Positions 38,672-48,241 of a stretch of 64,000 nucleotides of DNA are shown piece after piece. Source of the stretch: Candidatus Thorarchaeota archaeon (lineage in GTDB: Archaea; Asgardarchaeota; Thorarchaeia; Thorarchaeales; Thorarchaeaceae); the NCBI GenBank assembly GCA_004524445.1, contig SDNP01000005.1:1-64000 (forward strand), given 5' to 3'. Position numbers and translations under genes: made by a program. The notes under the pieces were generated by a model. That model made no database searches and was not told where the DNA came from. It saw only the letters and a list, made by a program, of their open reading frames with translations. Every line of letters begins with the position of its first letter. The stretch's first letter is position 1.

Positions 38672-40090
38672 ATGTCCACGCTAGATGTAATGTTGAACCC
38701 GAAAGCCGCTGCTGTAGTCGGAGTATCCACAACTAATCCGTTCTCGCCAGGCAATGTAATATTCCGAAAACTGCGCTTCGAAAATCAACTCGATGCATTT
38801 CCTATCAACCCGAAGGGTGGTCTTGTAGAGGGGCAAAAGGTCTACAAGTCCATTTCTGAAGCGCCCGAAGGCATTGATCTTGTTGTAATCTCCGTGGCAG
38901 CCAAATATGTACCGAGTGTTATGAAGGAGTGCGCTGAGCGCGGAATCAAAGCAGTTATTGTTGTATCAGGGGGTTTTAGCGAAACTGGTGAAGCAGGCGA
39001 GAACTTACAAAACGAAATTGTGGAAATTGCAAATAGCAACGATATGACTATGGTCGGTCCCAACTGCATTGGTGTTTTTGTGCCGCGAGTCCTTGATACC
39101 TTCTTCCTCCCATCTGAGCGTGTTGCTAGACCACGAGAGGGAAACGTTGCAATAATTTCACAGAGTGGAGGCTGGCTAGTGGAGAGGTTAGAAGAATACG
39201 CAGCTAGAGACCTTGGAATTGCAGCCGCGATATCTATAGGTAACGCGGCACAAACCAGAGTAGATGATTTCGTAGAATACTTCGGCAATCGAGATGACAT
39301 CAGCGTTATTGTAGCGTATATTGAGGGATTCCCAGAAGGAGAGGGAAGAGATTTTGTTGAATCAGCCTCTAGTGTCACAGTAAACAAACCGTTGATAGTG
39401 CTGAAGGGTGGAAAATCTGAAGCAGGACACCGTGCAACACAAAGCCACACATCCTCGTTGGCTGGTAGCGCAGAAATTACTTCTGCCGCCTTCAAGCAAT
39501 ATGGAATTCTTGAAGCGATTGATGAGGACGAAGTTATGGCGTATTCTAAGGCTTTCTCATTCAAACTCCAGCAGATGCAGGGTTCAAGAATTGGCTGTCT
39601 AACAGTTTCTGGAGGACATGGTGTTATTGCAGTAGATGAGGGGGACCATTACGGGCTGGAATTTCCACAATTCGACAAATCGCAGCGGGATGCCATGCGA
39701 GAAGTGATGACACCTTCATATCGGGATATCTCTTCATTCAGAAATCCCTGCGATTTGACAGGCAGCGCATCTGACATTGATTATGAGCGAGTTCTTGACG
39801 TCATGTTGAAATTTGATAATATTGATTCAGCCCTGCTCCTGTTGCTCCCTTATGCTCCAGGGATATCACTACAAATCGGAGCTCGCGTGGCTAATGTCGC
39901 CAAGAGGTACCAGAAAACGGTTGTTTCGTATGTTCCCTACCTTGGGAAGTACGAAGTCATCATAAGAGGCTTTGAGCTAAACGGTATTCCAGTTGGGGAT
40001 ACCATCGAAGAAGCGGTTCAGATGCTGAATGGTATCCGGAAGAGATCCGAGTTTCTTCAGCGCATGGGAAAGCTACGCGCTGAGAAATAA
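38672..40090 (+). CDS. acdA: Acetate--CoA ligase (ADP-forming) alpha-subunit family
   Basis: CoA-binding domain (PINPKG, IDLVVI, SGGFSE, GPNCIG), SQSGG, SIGN, YIEG, phospho-His SHTSSLAG, NPCDLTG. Confidence 0.9.
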   Translation: MSTLDVMLNPKAAAVVGVSTTNPFSPGNVIFRKLRFENQLDAFPINPKGGLVEGQKVYKSISEAPEGIDLVVISVAAKYVPSVMKECAERGIKAVIVVSGGFSETGEAGENLQNEIVEIANSNDMTMVGPNCIGVFVPRVLDTFFLPSERVARPREGNVAIISQSGGWLVERLEEYAARDLGIAAAISIGNAAQTRVDDFVEYFGNRDDISVIVAYIEGFPEGEGRDFVESASSVTVNKPLIVLKGGKSEAGHRATQSHTSSLAGSAEITSAAFKQYGILEAIDEDEVMAYSKAFSFKLQQMQGSRIGCLTVSGGHGVIAVDEGDHYGLEFPQFDKSQRDAMREVMTPSYRDISSFRNPCDLTGSASDIDYERVLDVMLKFDNIDSALLLLLPYAPGISLQIGARVANVAKRYQKTVVSYVPYLGKYEVIIRGFELNGIPVGDTIEEAVQMLNGIRKRSEFLQRMGKLRAEK

Positions 40091-40236
40091 AACAACTAAG
40101 ATACGAAACTTCTGATGAATCCCTATAATTTCACTAGTAAGTTGGAAGCTATTTGGCGGGAGAAGCAATTTGACTCGGACAACAAAGGGCCGGGTCTTTA
40201 AAATTTGCCAGGATGATGATCAAATCTCGTCGCGGG

Positions 40237-40440
40237 TCAAAATCGAAATGCTGAATCAGAATTTGATTGAAGTGGAGTGTTCTGCAATGATAATTGACGC
40301 GTTGCCGGAATTGTAATCTTGATTGGAATATTGTTACGTGGAACAACCCAGTCATAGCCCTTTGTTTCTACGCTGTTTGTGCCATTCTTGCACCAGTCAT
40401 GCTGGTCACGAGAGAGAGAAATTGGTGACGGATAACTCAT
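40237..40440 (-). CDS. Possible small hypothetical protein
   Basis: 67-aa ORF with a GGTGA SD-like motif about 7 nt upstream of its ATG, inside an otherwise empty 460-nt gap. No recognisable motif. Confidence 0.25.
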   Translation of the reverse strand: MSYPSPISLSRDQHDWCKNGTNSVETKGYDWVVPRNNIPIKITIPATRQLSLQNTPLQSNSDSAFRF

Positions 40441-40553
40441 GCCCGGTTCACCACATTACTATACTATCCATAGGTGAAGCATTGCTTACGAAATTGGGAA
40501 CTAATAGAGGAGGACTATTCATGCGCTAATTCCTGTACTAATTTACTGAGATG

Positions 40554-41687
40554 CTAAGGTCTAGATGCAAATAACTTGCTGTCGATATTGATTGATTCCA
40601 AAGCCTCTCTGAGTTTTCCCGTTATTATTAGCGGACATAACTTGGCCTCTTCAACAGTCTTGCAGCCAGTCAGATACATTGCAGTCTTCAGACTTCCCAA
40701 GAATAGCTGCAATTCTGCAATAACATTCTCCGTATCTCCATTGACAGCGGGCTCTAGCAGTGGCAGAGCAACTCCAGCAGAAGATGCACCAATAGCGAGC
40801 GATTTTGCGATATCAACTCCCGACCTGATGCCACCCGTGGCAATTATTTCCAGACTCGTCAGCCTATTGACCATTATTACACTGAGAGCAGTAGGAATAC
40901 CCCAATTCCAAAATTCGACACCAAGCTGAGCCTTTGCTTCGTTTTTTTCCTGCTTTGCTCGATAATACTCCACTGCGGCCCAAGATGTACCACCAAGGCC
41001 GCCCACATCTACACCAGACACACCAATAGACTCAAGAATTTCAGCAACACTGCTAGATATGCCCGCTCCTGTTTCCTTTACAATGACCGGAATTTCCACA
41101 GCATCAACAATCTTAGAGATTCTTTCGATCACTCCGCTTGAATCACAGTCACCCTCGGGTTGTACTGCCTCCTGTAGAGGATTGAGGTGAATTGCCACTA
41201 TGTCAGCGTTGACCATTTCAATTGCGTCTAGTGCAGCATTTGCGTGAGTTGCACCAATATTGGCTATAATGGGTACGGTGGGAGCATGCTCTCTTACAAC
41301 GCGAAATGTATTCTCTAGCTGAGGATCCTCTATTGCTGCTCGTTGGCTCCCGACGCCCATCGGCAATCCAAGCTCTTCTGCAGCTTCTGCCAAACGCCTA
41401 TTGATATCAAGGGTATCAGGGTGACCTCCAGTCATGCCAGCGATAACTAACGGTGCGTTAGCTCGGAGGCCCATGAAGTTGGTTGTAAGATCGATCTCGC
41501 CCCTATCGATTTCTGGTAATGCATTATGAATAAACGAGATATCTTCGAATAAGGAAGATTGTCCAGCTTGAACGTTCTCTTGCAGACAAATCTCAATATG
41601 TTCGATTTTCCTCCGTCTGGTTTGATCCGCTTCATCACTTTCTTCTGTAGGAATGCTGCCAGTTCTTCCCTTCGACATGATGATCAA
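40554..41687 (-). CDS. fni: Type 2 isopentenyl-diphosphate delta-isomerase (FMN-dependent)
   Basis: RRKIEHI, HNALPE, GMTGG, GVGSQR, HLNPLQEAVQPEGD, VKETGAG, GGTSWAAVE, WGIPT, TGGIR. Confidence 0.97.
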   Translation of the reverse strand: MIIMSKGRTGSIPTEESDEADQTRRRKIEHIEICLQENVQAGQSSLFEDISFIHNALPEIDRGEIDLTTNFMGLRANAPLVIAGMTGGHPDTLDINRRLAEAAEELGLPMGVGSQRAAIEDPQLENTFRVVREHAPTVPIIANIGATHANAALDAIEMVNADIVAIHLNPLQEAVQPEGDCDSSGVIERISKIVDAVEIPVIVKETGAGISSSVAEILESIGVSGVDVGGLGGTSWAAVEYYRAKQEKNEAKAQLGVEFWNWGIPTALSVIMVNRLTSLEIIATGGIRSGVDIAKSLAIGASSAGVALPLLEPAVNGDTENVIAELQLFLGSLKTAMYLTGCKTVEEAKLCPLIITGKLREALESINIDSKLFASRP

Positions 41688-41794
41688 CTACGAAATCGAG
41701 GTACGAATTTGTAGATAGTACTTTTGGTTGAAGTGTTTGCATATTTACTTGCGCAAGGCGAAGTATTTATGCGTAGATAGAGGTCTTTCAGAAC

Positions 41795-42334
41795 GTGAGA
41801 AACATCATGGATGATGAAGATAAGTATCGAGTAGAGGAGCCACGCAAATCGGAAGAGAGGACAGGTTTCCTGAGACCCCTCCCTGAGGCACCAAGGAAGA
41901 CTTCTTCATCGGGAGAGGCAATTACGACCTTTCTTGGCATAACTATGAGAGAAAGAGTAAGAGACTATCTCGTTCTTTTCATGATACCAGCCTGTGCTGC
42001 GCTCATTGATACTTACATCTTCAGTCAAATTGTGATTGATGCTTTACCCGATACGGCAATCTATGTCTTCATGATTCCGATGATTGCTGCTATTCCTGTT
42101 GGACTTACAGCAGGAAAGACCAGCGATGCTATGATTGGTTCGCTGCTAACAACGGTATTCTATCTCGTTTTCTTTACACTGTTCCTGGTGACACCAGCTT
42201 GGCTAGCACCTGAGGCAGATTTTGGTAGCTTCTTCATTACTGGCTTTGTTGTATCTGCAGGATATGTGTACATTGTTATTATGGCTAATCTTCTAGGCGC
42301 ATTATTCGGAATAATCATGCGCGAATTTCTTTGA
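41795..42334 (+). CDS. Hypothetical membrane protein (4 TM)
   Basis: Charged N-terminus followed by four hydrophobic helices. Confidence 0.75.
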   Translation: MRNIMDDEDKYRVEEPRKSEERTGFLRPLPEAPRKTSSSGEAITTFLGITMRERVRDYLVLFMIPACAALIDTYIFSQIVIDALPDTAIYVFMIPMIAAIPVGLTAGKTSDAMIGSLLTTVFYLVFFTLFLVTPAWLAPEADFGSFFITGFVVSAGYVYIVIMANLLGALFGIIMREFL

Positions 42335-42351
42335 AAATGCAAAAAAAGAGG

Positions 42352-42383
42352 AAATAATATATGCGGCGGTTTCTCCGGCCGCA
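42352..42383 (+). promoter_or_regulatory. AT-rich TATA-like box plus GC-rich palindrome TGCGGC-N10-GCCGCA before purN
   Basis: AAATAATATAT lies about 25-35 nt upstream of the ATG at 42387. The inverted repeat 42362-42383 sits between it and the start codon. Confidence 0.4.
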
Positions 42384-42386
42384 CAC

Positions 42387-42995
42387 ATGAAGCGAATCGC
42401 TGTTCTAATAAGCGGACGCGGAACAAACCTTCAAGCACTTATTGACGCAGAATCGCGTGGTGAATTGGCAGGGAAGATAGCCGTCGTCGTGAGTAACAAG
42501 AGTAAGGCACAAGGATTGAAACGTGCGAGTAAAGCCGGAATCAAGACTGAAATTGTCACCAAAGTCGATTTTCCACAAAGAGAGGAGCATGATCGCAAGG
42601 TCGTAGAAGTCCTTGAATCAAATGGAGTAGACTTGGTTGTATTAGCTGGATATATGCGACTGCTGTCAGAAGCCTTTGTATCATCCTTCGAAAGTAGGAT
42701 TATCAACGTACACCCTTCGCTGCTTCCTGCATTCAAAGGTTTGAAAGCGCAATGGCAGGCAGTTGAATACGGTGTACGAATTTCCGGCTGTACCACCCAC
42801 TTTGTCGATTTGAAAATGGATGCTGGTCCGATAATTCTTCAAAAAACCGTCCCCGTGGAAGAGAACGATACTGGAGAAATCCTAGCTAATCGTATTCTCC
42901 CATTCGAGCACGAAATCCTCGTCAAATCAGTGAATCTATTCTGTGAGGATAGACTTAGGGTGGCTGGACGAAAAGTCGCTATTGAAAATGGGTGA
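42387..42995 (+). CDS. purN: Phosphoribosylglycinamide formyltransferase (folate-dependent)
   Basis: ISGRGTNLQA, LAGYMR, NVHPSLLPAFKG, SGCTTHFV, DAGPII. Confidence 0.97.
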   Translation: MKRIAVLISGRGTNLQALIDAESRGELAGKIAVVVSNKSKAQGLKRASKAGIKTEIVTKVDFPQREEHDRKVVEVLESNGVDLVVLAGYMRLLSEAFVSSFESRIINVHPSLLPAFKGLKAQWQAVEYGVRISGCTTHFVDLKMDAGPIILQKTVPVEENDTGEILANRILPFEHEILVKSVNLFCEDRLRVAGRKVAIENG

Positions 42996-43001
42996 TGCAA
43001 A

Positions 43002-44399
43002 ATGTGTGGTGTTCTAGGCATTCTCGGTGACGTGTCACTTGCTAATGCTAGACAGATGCTCCTACTATTAACACATAGGGGACAGGATGCGTCCGGATTG
43101 CTTTGGGTTGATGATGACAAATATTCTGTAGCGAAGGCCATGGGCAGCCCCGACCAAATTGAACTACCCCATGTAAAAACATCCACTGTTCTTGGAAGCA
43201 CGAGATATCCGACCACAGGAAGGCCGGTTGTTTCAAAGGATTATTTGAGAACATTTGTTGGGCCTTTTTCAGCTGAGAATCTGGCTATGACGCATAACGG
43301 TAACATTACAAACTTGCATAGTCTCAGTGAGGGGGAATATGATTGTGATTCAGAATTCATGTGTGAAAGACTCAATCATTATCTGAAAATTCATGATAAT
43401 GATCTTGTGAAGGCAATCCGTTGTCTTGATAAAGATCTAGACGGTGCATATAGCATAGCAGGAGTACATGATGGCAACTTGTTCGCATTTAGAGATCCCA
43501 AAGGTTTCAAGCCACTCGCATTCGGTCGTGGAAATGGGCGGGTAATAGTCGCATCTGAAAGCACAGTTCTCGAAATGGGAGGCGTATCTCTTGAGAGAGA
43601 TATCTATCCAGGCGAGCTAATGATATTCAGCTCGGATACAAAGATGGAATCATACGCCATTTGTCAAAACAAAGCCCATTCACATTGCTTCTTTGAGTAT
43701 GTTTACTTTGCCCATCCAGCGGCAATTCTGGAGGGCAACCTTGTCTATGATACTAGATTCAGACTCGGGCGCGCACTTGCTCGCAAATTCAAACAAATGC
43801 AACTAGAACAACCAGACTATGTGGTTCCTGTGCCTGACACAAGTAGACCTGCAGCCCAAGCACTCGCTGAAGAACTGGACGTGCCGATGCGTGAGATCAT
43901 TCTCAAGAATCGTTACTTGGGGCGCACATTCATACTTCGTTCACAAAAAGAGCGGGATAATACTGCCAAGGGGAAGTATATCTACCTTAGAGAAAAAGTG
44001 AGAGGGAAAAATATCCTGGTTATTGATGATAGCATCGTAAGGGGTACCACTGCCAAAATGATAATATCTGACCTTCATCAAATGGGGGCATCGAAAGTGT
44101 ACTTTGCAGTCACCTGCCCACCTCAGAGTCATCCCTGTTACTATGGCATTGACATTGCGACAGACAAGGAACTCATTGCTTCTGAATTAGATATTGACGC
44201 CATAGCCAGACACATAGGAGCAGACGCTCTCATCTATCAAGATGCAACGGCATTGGAGAACGCTATAGGTTTGACCGACATGTGTACAGCATGTTTAGAT
44301 GGCGAGTATCCAACTGAACATGCTAGACTGATTCGGCGAAGCCTAGCAGAGAAGGGTGGAAGCGATACAGGAAGAGATTATGAGAGGGCGTTTCAATGA
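43002..44399 (+). CDS. purF: Amidophosphoribosyltransferase
   Basis: N-terminal MCG, HRGQD, HNGNI, CFFEYVYF, PVPDT, NRYLGRTFI, PRPP motif VIDDSIVRGTT, PCYYGID, C..C. Confidence 0.96.
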   Translation: MCGVLGILGDVSLANARQMLLLLTHRGQDASGLLWVDDDKYSVAKAMGSPDQIELPHVKTSTVLGSTRYPTTGRPVVSKDYLRTFVGPFSAENLAMTHNGNITNLHSLSEGEYDCDSEFMCERLNHYLKIHDNDLVKAIRCLDKDLDGAYSIAGVHDGNLFAFRDPKGFKPLAFGRGNGRVIVASESTVLEMGGVSLERDIYPGELMIFSSDTKMESYAICQNKAHSHCFFEYVYFAHPAAILEGNLVYDTRFRLGRALARKFKQMQLEQPDYVVPVPDTSRPAAQALAEELDVPMREIILKNRYLGRTFILRSQKERDNTAKGKYIYLREKVRGKNILVIDDSIVRGTTAKMIISDLHQMGASKVYFAVTCPPQSHPCYYGIDIATDKELIASELDIDAIARHIGADALIYQDATALENAIGLTDMCTACLDGEYPTEHARLIRRSLAEKGGSDTGRDYERAFQ

Positions 44400-45349
44400 A
44401 AATAGGCACTATCGCTAGTCACAGTGCACTCAACATAGTCTCGGGAGCACGGATAGAGGGATTCGAAACGATCCTTTTTTGCCCTCCAGAAAGAAAGGAT
44501 TTCTACGCTTCTTTTGGATTCGAGAACAGTCTTGCCATAATTGATTCCTTTGATGAAGTGCTAGATATGTCACCCGAGAACATAATTATGGTCCCACATG
44601 GTTCCTTTGTTGCTTACATAGGAGCAGAGAAACTCATCAAATCGGAGTTGAAAATATTCGGCAGCAGGAAACTAATGCAATGGGAAGCTGACAGGAATCT
44701 AAAATCAAAGCTGCTAAAAAATTCCGGACTCAAAGTTCCTCGTGAATTAATTTCGATCGACGATATTGATTGTCCCGTGATTGCAAAGACTCATGGTGCT
44801 GCAGGAGGAAAAGGCTACTTCATCGCCAAGAACAGAGACGATGCATATAGGAATATGCAACCGGGTGTGGAATATGTGTTTCAAGAATATATTGTCGGTA
44901 CAAAGGTGTTCGTTACTTATTTCCACTCATTAGCAAGAGATAGACTGGAGATTTTTGGTGCAGATATTCGTTATGAAACTGATGCCGATGCAAATCTTAG
45001 ATTTGATGCGCAGCCCTCCTTTGTTGTTGTCGGAAATATTCCTTTAGTACTAAGAGAGTCCACATTGGCAAGATATTTTGAGATTGGCAAGTCATTCGTA
45101 AAGGGTTTCAAAGAGCTTACAGGGGGAGTGATTCCGGGCCCATTTTGCATTGAAACTATTATCGATAGAAATATGGAGATTTACTCGTTCGAATTCAGCG
45201 GTAGAATCGTTGCAGGAACCAATATCTGGATGCCATATTCTCCATACTCGTTTATTACTCATCAAGAAAAGATGTGGATGGGTAGAAGGATAGCGAGAGA
45301 AATTCGCGAATTACTAGATAAAAATCTACTTGACGAGGCCCTTCTATGA
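44396..45349 (+). CDS. purP: PurP-family ATP-grasp protein (AICAR formyltransferase, formate-dependent)
   Basis: TIASHSAL, VPHGSFVAYIG, GGKGYF, RYE, GNIPLVLRES, GPFCIE, FEFSGRIVAGTN, MGRRIAREI. Confidence 0.9.
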   Translation: MKIGTIASHSALNIVSGARIEGFETILFCPPERKDFYASFGFENSLAIIDSFDEVLDMSPENIIMVPHGSFVAYIGAEKLIKSELKIFGSRKLMQWEADRNLKSKLLKNSGLKVPRELISIDDIDCPVIAKTHGAAGGKGYFIAKNRDDAYRNMQPGVEYVFQEYIVGTKVFVTYFHSLARDRLEIFGADIRYETDADANLRFDAQPSFVVVGNIPLVLRESTLARYFEIGKSFVKGFKELTGGVIPGPFCIETIIDRNMEIYSFEFSGRIVAGTNIWMPYSPYSFITHQEKMWMGRRIAREIRELLDKNLLDEALL

Positions 45350-45442
45350 GTCTGAATGAGAATTCAATTACCACAGAATTCCTAGATAGTCCAAAACATC
45401 TGATTGAAGACACTCAGGTTTCGTTCAGGATGTAGGTGATGC

Positions 45443-46522
45443 TTGAAAATGAAATTACCAACAATCGGAATGATTGGCTCGCACAGCGCAGAGGAGATTG
45501 CAGCATCGGCAAAGACCCATGGTTTCGAAACAGTTGTGGTTTGCCAACGAGGGAGAGAAAGGTTGTACAAACACTACAACAAGCATCTCTATGATAATTT
45601 GATAGTGCTTAACGATTTTGCAGATACGATTCATGATGATGTGCAACAGCAGCTACAAGATCTTGATTGTGTTTGGATTCCGAACAGGTCTTTTTCAGTG
45701 TACGTTGGCTATGACGCTATCGAAGAAAAGTTCGACATTCCCCTCTATGGGAATCGATGGATTCTTCGAGTTGAAGAACGAGGCCTACCCAAGGACCAAT
45801 ATTGGCTTCTTGACCAGTCAGGCATAAGAATACCCAAATCCTTCACGCCTTCTCAAATTGATAGACTTGTAATCGTCAAAGTTCAGCAGAAGGATAAACC
45901 ATTGGAGCGAGCGTTTTTCTATGCCGTATCACCAGAAGATTACGAAGAGAAATCCAATAAAATGATTGACGAAGGCCTCATTTCAGAAATTGATTTGAAA
46001 CACGCTACAATCGAAGAATTCATTCTTGCACCTCGATTCAATGCTAATTTTCAAGCATATTCCATGAGCGAGCATTTTGGATATTTGGATCTAGTTGGAT
46101 TCGATGACAGGATTCAAACAAATCTAAGCGGCCTTCTGAATCTCCCTGCAAGGGATCAGCTCAAGATATCTCCGGAGATTACAAATGAAGAGGTAGGGCA
46201 CAAAGGGATTACAATGCGCGAGAGCAAAAAGCCATTGGTCTACGAAGCTGCAGAAAAACTTCTTGAAGGCGTGAAAGAACATTTTCCACCACAGATGATT
46301 GGACTGTTTGCACTGCAAGGTGCCTTGACTCCAGAATCTCAATTCATCGTCTTTGATTTGAGCCCTAGAGTACCGGGTTCGCCTTGTGTTGGACCGACCA
46401 GTCCAGAAATGAGGAGACTATCCATCAAATTTCAGTGTGATATTCACTCCCCACTCGATTTGTGCATGTTGGATATTAGGAAGGCCGTATCTGAGCAGCG
46501 TTTGAGCGATGCGACCACATAG
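45443..46522 (+). CDS. Second PurP-like ATP-grasp protein
   Basis: IGSHSA, CQRGRE, PNRSFSVYVG, ERAFF, IQTNL, EEVGH, RES, FDLSPRVPG. Confidence 0.88.
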   Translation: MKMKLPTIGMIGSHSAEEIAASAKTHGFETVVVCQRGRERLYKHYNKHLYDNLIVLNDFADTIHDDVQQQLQDLDCVWIPNRSFSVYVGYDAIEEKFDIPLYGNRWILRVEERGLPKDQYWLLDQSGIRIPKSFTPSQIDRLVIVKVQQKDKPLERAFFYAVSPEDYEEKSNKMIDEGLISEIDLKHATIEEFILAPRFNANFQAYSMSEHFGYLDLVGFDDRIQTNLSGLLNLPARDQLKISPEITNEEVGHKGITMRESKKPLVYEAAEKLLEGVKEHFPPQMIGLFALQGALTPESQFIVFDLSPRVPGSPCVGPTSPEMRRLSIKFQCDIHSPLDLCMLDIRKAVSEQRLSDATT

Positions 46523-46564
46523 TTATATGCGACCAAATTAGCCGAATAGTAAAATGCCAAGGAG

Positions 46565-47542
46565 ATGCTTCTCAATATGGATTTGATTCACGAAGGGAAA
46601 GTCAAGCGGTTATATCAGGACCCTGATTCCGATGAGCATGTGATTATTGAATTCACAGATCTTGTGACTGCTGGAGATGGGGAAAAAAAAGAAGAAATCA
46701 AAGGAAAGGGACAGCTTGCTTGTGATACGAATTCACTATTGCTGAAGTATTTACAGGACAAAGGTATTCCAACTCACTTGACAAAGGAGCTTGATGGCCC
46801 CAGATTTCGAGCGCGTAAGCTGGATGTTTTCAAGCTTGAGATTGTTTGCAGAAACAGACCTACGGGCTCCTTCTGCAAGAGATATGGAGAACCGCAATTT
46901 GATGCATTTAGTCATCCCTTAGTTGAGTTCTTTCTAAAAGACGATAGTCTTGGCGATCCGTTCATCTCTAAGGAAGCAGTTACAAGACTCGGTATTGCTA
47001 AACCGGAGGAAATGGGAATCATCAAATCATTGACGTTGTCCGTGAATTACTATCTTACAGAACTTCTTGCACAAGTAGACCTGGTATTAATTGATTTCAA
47101 GCTAGAATTTGGCAGAACTGAGAAGGGCCAAATCTTGTTAGCAGATGAGATTTCTGGAGATACAATGAGAGTATGGGGGCAAGAAGGCGATTCATTGGAC
47201 AAGGACGTCTTTAGACAGGATAAAGGCAACATCATCGAGGCCTATAGCAAACTCCTCAGGTTTTTAAAAGAAACAAATCCAGACCAAGTGAATACTCGCC
47301 CTGAACAGCTGAGTGTTTTTGTTCTACCGAAGGAAGGCATAAAGAATCCTCCAGGAGAAGTTACAAAAAAGGCAATGAAACGTTTGGGATTCGGTCAGGT
47401 CAATGATGTTCGAGTTGGAAAAATCTTTCAGATTGAAATCGACTGTCCCGTAACATCTGAAATAGTGAAGGAATTAGATATGATGGGACTGAAGCTGCTA
47501 TCCAATCCAATTGCTGAGAAAAGAGAAGTGAGGTTTGGTTAG
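46565..47542 (+). CDS. purC: SAICAR synthetase fused to a C-terminal PurS domain
   Basis: PurC part: EGKVKRLY, TAGDG, EFFLKDD, DFKLEFG, LADEISGD, LDKDVFR. PurS part: LPKEGIKNPPGE...LGF..VNDVRVGK...LLSNPI. Confidence 0.92.
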   Translation: MLLNMDLIHEGKVKRLYQDPDSDEHVIIEFTDLVTAGDGEKKEEIKGKGQLACDTNSLLLKYLQDKGIPTHLTKELDGPRFRARKLDVFKLEIVCRNRPTGSFCKRYGEPQFDAFSHPLVEFFLKDDSLGDPFISKEAVTRLGIAKPEEMGIIKSLTLSVNYYLTELLAQVDLVLIDFKLEFGRTEKGQILLADEISGDTMRVWGQEGDSLDKDVFRQDKGNIIEAYSKLLRFLKETNPDQVNTRPEQLSVFVLPKEGIKNPPGEVTKKAMKRLGFGQVNDVRVGKIFQIEIDCPVTSEIVKELDMMGLKLLSNPIAEKREVRFG

Positions 47543-48241
47543 GTGCCCATTGCTGTACTCAGATTCCCGGGAACAAATAACGAACAGGACGTTATCAGAT
47601 CACTAAAGGCAATTCCAAATTCGGACCCCATATTGGTGCCTAGTCGAGAAGGACCTGAGGGTCTCACGAATGTTGATGGTGTTATTATTCCGGGTGGTTT
47701 CAGCTATGGCGATTATCTTAGGGCCGGAGCCATAGCCTCAATCGAGAACATAATGGAGGGAGTAAGGAATGTCGTAGAATCTGACCGTCCAGTTCTAGGG
47801 ATATGTAATGGATTTCAAATACTAGCGGAAGCAGGACTGCTTCCTGGTGTGTTGCTCCCTAATAGCAGCTCTCACTTCATATGTAAGTGGGTGTATCTAC
47901 AAGTCGCAGATCGAACTAACATGTATACGGAGGGGCTTGAAAATGCAGTGCTTCGCATACCGATAGCACATTCAGATGGAAATTACTTCTGTAACGATGA
48001 TGTATTTGGTGGACTGGTAACTGATGGCAGAATACCATTCAGATATTGCGACAAAGACGGAAATCCAGATCAGGCTTCGAATCCAAACGGATCAGTAGGA
48101 AATATTGCTGGAGTAATAAATGAAAGGGGGAATGTTCTAGGCCTAATGCCTCATCCAGAGAGAGCATCCAGGGAGATTCTCGGGTCTATTGATGGGAGAG
48201 CGATATTGGAGAATTTTGTAAGAGGATGTATGAAGAAATAG
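47543..48241 (+). CDS. purQ: FGAM synthase glutaminase subunit
   Basis: FPGTN, PGGFSYGDYLRAG, GICNGFQ, IAH, NPNGS, GLMPHPER. Confidence 0.97.
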   Translation: MPIAVLRFPGTNNEQDVIRSLKAIPNSDPILVPSREGPEGLTNVDGVIIPGGFSYGDYLRAGAIASIENIMEGVRNVVESDRPVLGICNGFQILAEAGLLPGVLLPNSSSHFICKWVYLQVADRTNMYTEGLENAVLRIPIAHSDGNYFCNDDVFGGLVTDGRIPFRYCDKDGNPDQASNPNGSVGNIAGVINERGNVLGLMPHPERASREILGSIDGRAILENFVRGCMKK

